Source: Gonapodya sp. JEL0774 (lineage: Eukaryota). From it: a DNA stretch of 64,000 bases. This document shows, piece after piece, positions 25,706 through 36,216 of this stretch (position 1 is its first letter; each line of letters starts with the position of its first letter). The stretch covers positions 1 to 64,000 of the forward strand of contig JADIIX010000039.1 in NCBI GenBank assembly GCA_027604505.1, given 5' to 3'. The notes under the pieces are model-generated. The model worked only from the letters and a program-made list of their open reading frames with translations. It ran no database searches and was not told the DNA's origin. A program made the position numbers and the translations under genes.

Positions 25706-27450
25706 ATGGGCAGCACAATGGCGCCGTCTAATGGTGACCAACTGCGGCACATGGGCATTACGTGTGCTCACTGCGAGGTGGCAGATTTCGCTGGGTCCCG
25801 GTGGAAATGGTGAGTGAAACGAGTTTCCTGATCGTCCCAATCTTCTTCCGTCTTGGACTGATTTCCGGAAGCACAATCCTTCTTGCTCAGTATCGAATGT
25901 CCCAACTATGATTTGGTAAGCCTCCGCCTCCCTTCGAAGGCCGTTTCGTCGGGATGCTGACCTGTCCTTCCACAATGTCAAAAGTGCTCCACTTGTGGGC
26001 GTGTCTCCCATCTCCACCATCCCATCCACCATAGCTTTTTGAAGCTGTCTCGTCCCGGACCGTTACCCATTCTTCACGACACCACACCACCACCAACTGG
26101 TGAAGGCCCGCGATCGGAAGACAGCGAGACACACTTTTCTGCCCTGCCAGATACTGTTCCTCTTATGCCTACCAAGCGAGAACTGCTGCAACTACTGCAG
26201 GAAGAGGAACGGCGCCGATTTTCACCCGCAGTTCAAGCCCTTTATTTTGAAGCCGAGTCCGACCCGGGGAAGGGAAAGGATTGGCTCACTGTTACTGATC
26301 AAATGCAACTGAAGCTCGTGAGAGATTTTGGTTTTGGAGATGGGGCGGTACAGCTGCTTAGGCGGGCAGCTCAAATGTATCCCAGTCGGTTTCGTCCGGT
26401 TCTGCATTTGTGCTCAGCTGAAACTTACATTACCCGTGTCCTTTGCTCTTCTAGATGACCCTGCTTTCCAAAACGCATCCGTGTATGTGCGAGAAAACCT
26501 TGCCCGGAAGGGGACGCTGAGCCGAGGAGACGAGGCGCCGGACGTGCCCCTTCTCACCATGGACCTCGTTGAAACGTCGACACGCGATTTATTTGCAGCA
26601 GCAAGTAGACCGGTTGTCGTTGTAGCAGGGAGTTATAGCTGACCCCCCTTTCGAGGTGTGGTGGAACTGCTCAAGGTGGGTCAGGTCGAGTTTATCTCCT
26701 TTTCTCGCCTTGTAACGTGATCCCTGTTGTGAACATGGGTTGTCAACCACCTTTTTCAGGACCTCTACAGCATCTACCGCACCTCGTGCGAGTTCGCGAC
26801 CATTTACATGTGAGCACCACATCGTTCTCTCCTTTTCTAAACCTTCCCACGCGGTTCTCGTTCTGTAACCCCCCCCCCCCCAAAACCTACCAATACCGCA
26901 AACGATGTGACCAGTGTGTATACACTAACGAATCCAATTGTAGAGATCTGTTGGCCAACGGCAACGTAGGCGAAAATCCTTGGATTTTTATTGGTAAAGN
27001 NNNNNNNNNCCCCCCGCCCTGACCCTGCCTCTGCCGCAACCGTGTGCTCCTATGTGTCTCCAGTCTCGAAGCCCATGCTTCAGATGTGTGGCCCAACGGA
27101 AACGTCGTCGAAATTCCTGTGAGTTCTGGTGGTACACTTCACCTTTGAGATATCTGTTGACAGGCTGTCCGACATGCTTGTCGGCTATTTTTCCCGTGAA
27201 GCGTCATCGCACTGCCATTGATAGACAAAAAGCTGCGTTGTCCTTCGTGCAGCAGTACAATTACACCATCCCTGTGTTTCTGGACACGCTTTCGGACAGT
27301 TTTGAACGTGCATACGCTCCTTGGCCGTTCCGATTTTACATTGTCAAGGACGGGAAAATGGCTTTCGTGGGCATGCCAAAAGAAGGCACTTATGACACTG
27401 GAGAGGTTGTAGAATGTCTTGCCACGATGGGCTGCTTCCCACAGTCATAA
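25706..27450 (+). CDS. ZZ-finger / iodothyronine-deiodinase-like putative selenoprotein (TGA = Sec at 26640-26642)
   Basis: Exons ~25706-25809, 25891-25915, (25985-25995), 26035-26384, 26455-26675, 26760-26809, 27064-27118, 27202-27450. Gives RPVVVVAGSYS*PPFR...TIYILEAHASDVW...LDTLSDSFERAYAPWPFRFYIV, matching deiodinase motifs FGSCTUPPF, YIEEAHxSDGW and AYxAxPERLY. Confidence 0.88.
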
Positions 27451-27482
27451 AAGTGTTCATGGAGTTAACTCCTTCCCTACTC

Positions 27483-27602
27483 GCCGCGTCCACGTATGAA
27501 GGTCACCACGCCGTTGCCAAATGCCTCTTTGTGAACGCAAGGAGTGGGCACGTTTCGACGGAGTCTGGCGGTGTGAGGATCTGAGTTGGGTTCAGCCGTG
27601 GC
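27483..27602 (+). promoter_or_regulatory. Candidate non-canonical SECIS element in 3' UTR
   Basis: ATGAA at 27496-27500, hand-pairable stem GGTC..CACGCCG / TGGCG-GTG..GATC, 3' TGAG at 27582-27585, AAA at 27519-27521, lower helix gccgcg or ccacg / cgtggc. Apical region longer than canonical. Confidence 0.35.
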
Positions 27603-27809
27603 TCTAGTGTTGAAGGGCACTCCGGATTGCAAAAACGTGGATGAAACTTTCTGCTTCTGGTTTTCAAAATATTCTGTGTAATGCGAAGATAATGACGCAA
27701 TTTATCGGAAGCTATTTCTGAGTGGTTGTGAATCCTCGGCCGTTCTCGGCATCCTTCACCCAGTCACTGTCAGAATCCTCTCCTCCATCGCCCTCCCCCG
27801 ATTCTCTCC

Positions 27810-29597
27810 ATGTCCAGTCAAACGGCCCCTGCGCTCCCACCACTCACGCTGCCCAACCCGTCGCCAATTCACGTGCTTCTTGGTGAGAATTGAAGCAGCT
27901 TGTTTTTTGCATAAAAAGAAGACGAGTGTGGACATCCGAGAAACCTGAGTCCGCGGCTGTGGTATCTTGGATGGGATCGCTTCGTTTTAACGATCATTTC
28001 TGGTTCATCGCCGCATTCTCTTCGCCCGCATCCAGTCGGAGCAGGTGCCATTGGAGTCGTGTATGTTTCCCGCCTGCATTCCCCTCAAAATAACATATTT
28101 TGTTCTGCGGTGTTGCGATCGGAATATGCTCCTGTGGTGAAGAGGGGCAACAAGTTTACGATCCTTACCAAGGAGTTTGAGGGGAAGGATTACGACTGGG
28201 AACCACACAGGATCTTCAACAGTGGTGAGTTTGATGGTGGTGGACGCTGATTTGCATTTTTTTTTTCCAATGCTTGTTAGAACGTGATGGCACTGCGCTC
28301 TTGAATTATTGAGAATGGAGGAAAGCCTGATCGTGCCGTGTGTTGATTAAGTGAACTCTCCGTTCCATCACTACCAGTGGATGCTGCAGGTAAAGCTGGT
28401 ATTGACTGGGACTATATCATAGTCGGAACAAAAGTAGGTGTGGCTATTAGTGTTTTCGATTACCTCTCAGGCTCAGCGAACGAACTTACTTGCCTGATGT
28501 ATGAACAAAAGGCGATCCCGGAATCTTTTTCCTGCGGGGAGCTCGTCAAACCCGCCGTCACTTCCCAAAAAACCGGTATAATTCTTATCCAAAATGGTGT
28601 CGGAATCGAGCGGGACAGTGCCCTGCTCTTTCCCAACAACCTCATCTGCTCAGCTGTCGCCTTCATGGCGGCAACACGAGAAGGCGAGGCTGGAGTGGTA
28701 AAGCACTATGGCGTAACAACTATGCCTATTGGAGTGTACCGCGGGGAGGATCTTGTGGCGCTTGGAAAGAGCTACACACCGCCTGCTGATGGGGACGAGC
28801 GAATCCTGTTGCTCAGCCGGTTATGGAAGGAAGTGGGAGGTATTAGTGCGCGATATGTTGAGGATCTGCAACCTGCCCGATGGTACAAGCTGCTGTGGTA
28901 AGTTTAATTTGAGTTCCTCCCTTGTGTTGTGTCCTCGCGGTAATTTGTGGCACTCAACCCATCGTAGGAACGCTTCGTTTGGTCCCATATCCGTTCTTAC
29001 CAACGTGCCCAGTCACCCAGCGATAGCTGCAGACGCGGGGTTGCTGCAGTTTGCGAGAGAAAACGTGACAGACATTTGGCATGTCGCGGAGAAGGTGGGT
29101 TTGCATGGCGGAAGCCGCAAATTGTGTGGACAGTGCTTCACGCTGGTTGCCATCATCGCTACAGTTATTTCCAGGCCGCTTTCCCCCAAAAATAAGATTA
29201 GGTCCATCTTTGGAGGAGTGGCCGGGCAAGGGTGTCTCACGGGTCGGAGTGAGTTAGATTGTTGGCTGCTCCACCACCAAATAGAACGCGTGGCCTAATA
29301 CTCATAAATTTCAAAGGATCACAAAGCGTCGATGCTTGTTGACGTGGAGGAGTGTCGTGATGCAGAGATCGAAGTTATTTTGGGTGAACCTGTTCGAATA
29401 GCCAAACGAGCAGGCCTTGCACTACCTCGACGTGAGCTTATCGTTTTTGCGATACGTCGCACTAGGACTACGATGCGCGCTAACCGATCGCTCACGTTCT
29501 TACTTTCATAGTGGAGACGCTGTACTATCTTGTCAAAGCAAATGCGCAGCAGCGGAAGAGGGATTCACAGAGCGAAAAGGTTGCCGGCTTACACTAA
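27810..29597 (+). CDS. 2-dehydropantoate 2-reductase (ketopantoate reductase, PanE/ApbA family)
   Basis: VGAGAIG, DYIIVGTK, LIQNGVGIE, RWYKLLWNASF, KASMLVD...EIEVILGEPVR. Confidence 0.88.
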
Positions 29598-29678
29598 GTC
29601 TCCATTTTCAATTCTATTTCTAAGGACGCAGATTAGAATTCTGAACCAAATATTGCTTTATCAAGTTTATATCACGCG

Positions 29679-29814
29679 TGTCATCTCGCAGAGAAGGGGA
29701 GAGTTCCGACAACAAAAATTCGAGCAGGACGGGTCTGCCAGGCCGAGCCAGACCAGCGTGCGCAGTCCCCCACCAACTCCGCATTATGCCGGTCCGCAAA
29801 ACAAAAAACCTTTT
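29679..29814 (-). ncRNA. Candidate Sm-class snRNA, U11-like
   Basis: ~136 nt intergenic; starts AAAAGG, three hand-folded hairpins, Sm site AATTTTTG (29720-29713), 3' hairpin. Confidence 0.35.
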
Positions 29815-30051
29815 GACTGAAACCTACACCACGTGTTTTAGCTTTCTGACCCCAAATGCGCATTTGGGTTGGTCCAACACTCAACTCCACCCTTTATCAG
29901 TATTATTATATAAGACAGACATACTATGAAAGTCTTGCGCATATACGCAGTCTCTATGTATGTACGTAGTCCCCCTTTTACCTCACTTGCGATCGTTTTC
30001 GAGTGCTCGAACTAAGCATCAGTACTACGAACAACTTTGCACTACGGAACC

Positions 30052-30719
30052 TTAAGAGTTCAAAGAGCCACTGGTTTCTTCTTGGAGACATTTTTGTGAA
30101 CTATAATCTATTGCGCACAAAGGGTTGTAGGGTTTTAGCGNNNNNNNNNNTCGGTTCCGTCCGCCTCTCACCCCCTCCGCCCCCGGGACCCCTCCGCCGG
30201 GGGGGGGGGGCGCCCGGGGGGGGGGGGGCGGGGCTGACGGTCGTGTCATGTGATCGGTTCGTTGGCGTTCATGGTGGCTGAGCGGACAGATGGTGGTTTG
30301 TGGAGGTGGAGTGAATTTGAAGGACAGAAAGGGGCGAGGTGCCGTCGATGATTACGTGAGATTGGTACTCACTGCCTGCGGGTACACAGTGTGCATCATC
30401 GAATCTCCCACCCAACCTTCTCCAGCAGTTTGTCTGTACAAACTTTCTTAGTTTAGTTAGTCAAGCCCCTTCAGATCTGCAATGACAAAAGTTTTCTACG
30501 ATTTGGGGGTCATTATTGAACCATTGGCCATCGGTGTTCTCTATCAGTCTCTATCCTGTAGTAGTTGAGCCTGAGCTTCGCAAATAAGCGAAGATAGTCG
30601 ACACTGCATCTCTGGAAGCAGAGAAAATGACGCTAAAACCGTACAACCCTTTGTGCGCAATAGATTATAGTTCACAAAAATGTCTCCAAGAAGAAACCAG
30701 TGGCTCTCTGAACTCTCAA
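30052..30719. repeat. ~85-bp inverted repeat arms flanking an assembly gap
   Basis: 30056-30140 is the reverse complement of 30631-30715 with ~2 mismatches; Ns at 30141-30150. Confidence 0.85.
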
Positions 30720-30993
30720 CATGCACCTTTATGTCGTGTGACGTCGCCCCAACAGGCAGGAGACGTGCCAGAGCATCTTATACAGCTTTCACAGTATTTC
30801 TCGGCGAAAACAACAATCTCTATCTGGAAAGCGCGCTCACTCTCGCGTAGTTTATTTGGGAACGGGTCGAAAATGTGAGCGACTGCTGTGCCACATAACG
30901 AGCAGGAGTAACGATTTGAATTAACATTCAAATCGACACCGGGTGACTGTCACAGTTCCAAAAACGAAAATCGCACTGTTCGCACTTCATGAG

Positions 30994-32790
30994 ATGGGAT
31001 CCGTCGAACCCAATCGTTTATTGAAACCACCAGAAATCACCACGGCGCTTGCAGAAATCTATTCAAATGCAGGCGTTCCATCACTCTTTCGCAAACATCC
31101 CCGCGTCAGTGTAGAGTCTCTCGAAAAGCTTCGCTATCTCTCCGATGAACCCCTGGACCGGTATTTGAAGAGCTCTCTCCTCGACCTGCGGAAAGACGAT
31201 GCAATTGCCAGATTGCAGCTCGATTCAGATGCAGGTGACGCAGCCGCTCGGGAACTTTGGATGGCTCTAAATGACGTACCTCCTTGGGTTGACTGGGACA
31301 GGGTGAAACGCGGGCAGGTGGGAGTATTTGGAACAGCAAGATGTGGAAGTCCGATATGAAACTTCGGTGCAGCGCGTGTTCTGGTTCTTTGCTGGGCCTA
31401 TGCTCCTACTCCTTCTTCACTTCTCACTCATCTTTGGTGCGTATGAGTATTCGAGTGGAATTGATGTAAAAACTCATGTGTACTGGCGACTACACATATG
31501 CAGGAGTTTCTGCTCCCAAGATCAATAAAGTGCTCAAGGCAACGGGTTATCTATCGAAGCCAACAAAAGTGAGAGTTTGAAGAAAGAGATATGCTTTCCT
31601 TTGACTACTGGTTATCTGAGTATCGGTGTTGATTACACGCTTTCCCACGGACAAAGGTGACGTTCCAACGCTTGCTAGAGACTGCTTCCTGGGTTCTCTC
31701 GTGCATGGATGAAGACGGTTAGTGCCGTGTTATGAGGGTGTCTATTTCATGAAACGCACCTGAGTATCGGCTGTCACTTAGCTCTCCGCCCTGGTCACAG
31801 TGGATGGATATCAAGCATTCGCGTTCGATTCTTGCATGGGGGTGTGCGAGCACGTCTCCAGGCTCTGGGCAAGGCGAACCCTCGTTTCTACAACGAAGTG
31901 GAAGGAGGGGTTCCCATCAATATGGTGAGCTCAATCAATTCCGTGTCGATGTACCGTCGAGCCTTCGGGCTCATTCCATCACAATGCGCACCGACTTGCA
32001 AAGGAAGATATGTCGGCAACAATCCTTGCATTCTCTGTGGGGCCTTTGCAGCGACTATCAGTATTGGGATTCTGGGTGTCCGAGAATGAGATGGAGGATT
32101 ATTGCCATCTGTGGCGATACATTGGGTACTTATCGGGTATTCCCGATGATGTAAACCCCCTTGCAAATGGATATGATTATGCAACAAGTTTCGGAGCAAG
32201 CATTGTTTTGCAGTGAGTAGTGAGTGGATAAGGGTGAAAGAAACCGAATATTGTTGACTAACCGATTTTCGTTTGAAGCGTTTGCTTGCCCGATGAGAGC
32301 ACTGTACAACTCGCAAACGCTCTCCTCCGAGGAACTGCGATTGGAAGTGCAGAACTTCAATTGGAGGAAAACGCGGGAACTGCACTCAAGGAACCGGAAA
32401 CGTCATCGTCCGACGCGTACGCCAACCTAATTTACTACTATCTCACACAATTGACTCGTATCGTTCTCGGCAATCAGTATTGCGACTTCCTAGAATTGCC
32501 GAAATCTTGTGAACTACCTTGGAAACAAAGAGTGTACGCGTATGCTACTATTGCGTTCTATCTGGGAACGACATACATCATGCGAATTTCGTCGGGTTTG
32601 ATGGAATGTGAGTTCTGCGTACTGCAACATCAAGTCTCACAATAGGTAGACACACTCTTTTCCCGGGGAAACAGGGCGAATTGCACGTAACAAAAGCATT
32701 ATTCCCAAACTCATTGATCGAGTGTTGTCTGGCAAGCCTCTGAATTTCCGACTGCAATATGAACCAAAAGATGAATCTCGTTCAACTTGA
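30994..32790 (+). CDS. ER-bound oxygenase MpaB / rubber oxygenase Lcp-like (DUF2236) heme protein
   Basis: PPWVDWDRVKRGQ, LKATGYL, RLLET, IRVRFLHGGVR, GVPIN, EDYCHLWRYIGYLSGIPD. Confidence 0.88.
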
Positions 32791-33457
32791 ATCAAAATAA
32801 TCTGGGGAGTTATCTATTGCTTGCAAAACATGAAACAAATAACAATGTAATTTCGAAAATGAGAAACATTTTCCAAATAATGGTGGGGAAGGCGGCGGAC
32901 TGGAACCCTGACCCACGGAGAACATTCCCAGACAAGCTCCCATGAGTAAAGAAGAAGAGGATTAACGAGAAACCTCTGAATTGAACGTTGAGTTTAGAAT
33001 CTTGCTGCCCTGCAAGCAGTGATCGCACACTGAGCAAATACTTTCTGCCAACCAGCCAATGAGTTGGCGCTCACAACGGAAAATGAAACTCCTTCACACC
33101 ACTAGTGATGCACTCCCGAAAATGGGAAAGATACGATGTACGCCGAGTTAATATTCAGAGGCTCGAGAGCTTAAGAGTATTGCAGTTGCATCAAGATATG
33201 AACGAGAAGTGGAGTGTGGAAACAGAGAACAGCGGAGTTGCCTCATTCGATTAACTCTTTTGTATGCTCTTAAGGAGAATCGTAGGGTAAGAATGAGACA
33301 GAAGGAAATGGTTGCAAGTAGCAAGAAAAGTTTGGTATTTCTGTAAAACCAAGATAATGTTTCATCATTCGCAAGATTTGCTAACCGTTGTGTGCTCTCT
33401 CCTCTAACGACCTAATGTGCTTCCCCGCAACTACTCAATCTATTTCATGTATGTACC

Positions 33458-34376
33458 TCACATGTTTGGAATCAACGCGATACGTTGCAGCAAGCGCTTG
33501 CGGATTCTCATCATCGCTTCAGAAGATGTTCCGCCAACGATGATTGTTCCACGCGAGCCTGTGGAAAGAATTGTGGAAGGTGAGGCGAGGGCCAAGTCCT
33601 GTAAGTAAAATGCTATTTTACCATTTGAGCAGGATCCTTCATAAGTGTTAGCAACGTAAAACGTTCCCTGGCACATCAGAGAGAACGAGTGAGATTTCAT
33701 TCACAACATAATCTTTAACCAACTCACAGTTTGGTTGAGTGTGATGTTGTAAGCCCCACCAGGTTGCAGTAGTCCCGAAGAAATTATCGTGTGGTTTCCA
33801 GAAGCGCCAGCGGCTTCAGTTGCAGAAGCCCCACCCGTTGCTGTGCCACCCCCTCCACCAGCCGTGCAAGAAGTGTTTGATGATACTTGCTGCAAACTAC
33901 GGAGTATATCAGAGTGTTGTGAAGAGATGCAATCTCACTTAGTCGCGTAAGTTTTAATCACGTTGCAGATTCCCCCTTGTTGTGTGAAAGAAGTTTTCAG
34001 TCATCACTCTCTGCATCATTGAGCGTTAATCCCCAAACCCTACATTGAGCTTACCTCGATCGTGTAAATAATGGTATCACCAATGTTTGCAGTTACATCG
34101 TTCGGTTGGAAAGCACTGCATGCATGTGTGGGAAACGAAAAGAAAGAGGTTATTGTCGTGCAGCGAACCTTTCTGGATAGTGAAGAAGTTCATTGCTTCG
34201 AGCCATATTCACTCCATGAGTGAATCACTCTGTTTCCTCTCCTCGTTCCCTGCTACCTTCCGCTGAGCAAGCACTCACGTTGGTGTTACCGTAACGTTGA
34301 AAGTTGCGGCATTCACGATTGAGAAAAGCGCAAGGGTGAGGAGTATGACAGGGAGGAAGTTTGAGCTGCGATTCAT
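33458..34376 (-). CDS. Secreted cupredoxin-fold protein lacking type-1 Cu ligands
   Basis: Signal peptide, FQPNDVTANIGDTI, ATLQQVSSNTSC, GTFYVANTYEGSCSNGSRGTIIV. Confidence 0.7.
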
Positions 34377-34523
34377 GGTGATGCGACAGTTTGGGTGGGT
34401 AAATTGCGTGACTGTTGCAAAAATGATGGATTTATAACAGGATTGCGGCGAACAATGCGATTGCGTCATCCTTCACATTGCTGATCAGGAGCGGAAACTC
34501 TCAGAATTTTCTCACTATCAAGA

Positions 34524-35297
34524 ATGTCACGTATCGTCGCTGCTACTGCTCTGACACTTCTTTCCATCGCCTTTGTTGACGCTGCCGTCTGGAATGTGAG
34601 TACGAGGGTGGCATCGCTCTCCTCGTCTCTCCTCTCGGTTTAGCTCGGCAGGTCTGTACGCTCTTAGATCACCGTGGGGATCAACAATACTCTTGCATTC
34701 TCTCCTTCAAATTTGACTATCGCAGTGAACGATACGGTGGTGAGTAATCATGTGCTTGGCTGCCGTGCAATCGATCTAAATCAGGTACTAACACATGTGG
34801 GATCGAAACAGGATTTCATATGGGCCGCTTCAGGGTGAGTTCCGCATCCCAAAAGATGTAGGGTATCCAGTGCTAACAGTGCTTTCTCTCAAGACACACT
34901 GTTCAACAAGTGAATTCCAGCACGTCGTGTGCTCCCCTGAATGCAACTCACGGAAATACAACTGCGATACTCCTAAACTCCGAGCCAATGAACATTGATT
35001 CGGAGTACATTGTGTCTTTCCCATCGCAGGGAGTGTATCACTAGTGGGTGTGAAGGAGTTTTCGGTTCTGTAGCCAGCACCAACTCATCACCGGACTGGC
35101 AAAAAGTATTTGCTCGATAGACGGTCACTGCTTGCAGGGCAGTAAGTTTCCAAAACCAACGTTTAGTTCAGATGTCTTTCGTTTCTCATTTCCGTTCCAA
35201 AGTGCGAGGTGTAATCGTTGTCGGTAACGGAACAGCTCTTGCCCCTCTCCGTGTTTTAGACCAACGTAGACTGAGAAGGCTCATGAAAGCTGCCTGA
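34524..35297 (+). CDS. Secreted cupredoxin (type-1 blue copper protein)
   Basis: Signal peptide, FSPSNLTIAVNDT, HTVQQ, spliced GVYHYICSIDGHCLQGMRGVIVV (His/Cys/His/Met). Confidence 0.8.
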
Positions 35298-36216
35298 AAG
35301 CATTTCTGTTCTTCGCGGCTCAGGGTTCCGCTCTGTCATCTTCCTCCGGCTTTCCGACTCTTCATTGGAAGAATTTTCGTCATTTTCGAAACTACATTGT
35401 TGTTCGTTTGAAGCTTTGCATGCAATAGAGAACTTCCCAGATTCTTTTGATTTAACTTGAACGAGATTCATCCCTGTGTTCATATTGCCCGTTGGAACTT
35501 CACAGGCTTGCTGTTCGAAAAGTGGCGGCGAGTGTCAGCCAATAATTGGAATTCCAATTGCAATTCCACAAGCGGATTGATCGCGCTTCAAGCCCTCTTT
35601 TTCACATCATACATTTTTTCGATACCGACTTCGGTGGGTTCGTTACTGAAATTGGGAGACAGGTTTTTAGCCCGGCAGACCGCCAGTGAGTGTTTTCGTC
35701 AAGTACGGATGTACGAGAAACATCAATCGAATGCTTGGTGAACAAGTAGCTAGATAATCGGAGGCAAACCTGCATTGAATGAGAATTTCATTTGCAAGCT
35801 CTGTGATCGGATGGGGCCGGGGTTAGTTTGGGCTGTGAGGCACTGGTTGTTCCCACCTAACGAGTGGACCTGCAACACCAAATCCAGAAACATGAGCATC
35901 CAGGGTCAACCTCTTCCGGCACGAAATAAGGCGGTGAAAGTTCCGATCACACTTGTGGGTTCTTTTCGACGGAATGCTGCAACTCAGTCGCCTGTTGGCG
36001 CTCACCGCCGCCATGCGCGTTCAATCCATGTTCGACCATCACCGGACCGTTCCCATCGGACATCGACCTGGCTTGAATTTCATGCCTACGCGACCTCGTG
36101 TTTCTTGAACACTCTTACCGTCGTTCCTGTGCTCCCTTTCCGCCCGTCCTCGTTCCGAACAGGTCTACAATGGAACGAAAATTGACACTACAATCGACAC
36201 TTCACTGCCAGTGTCA

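Noticed and set aside
26870..27020. C-runs and N gap inside the deiodinase-like gene, suggesting a broken gene
   Set aside because: They fall in an intron whose flanking exons join in phase (AT|T, Ile).
29696..29775. tRNA-like GGGGA...TCCCCCACCA on the + strand
   Set aside because: No T-loop or D-arm, and eukaryotic tRNA genes normally do not encode CCA.
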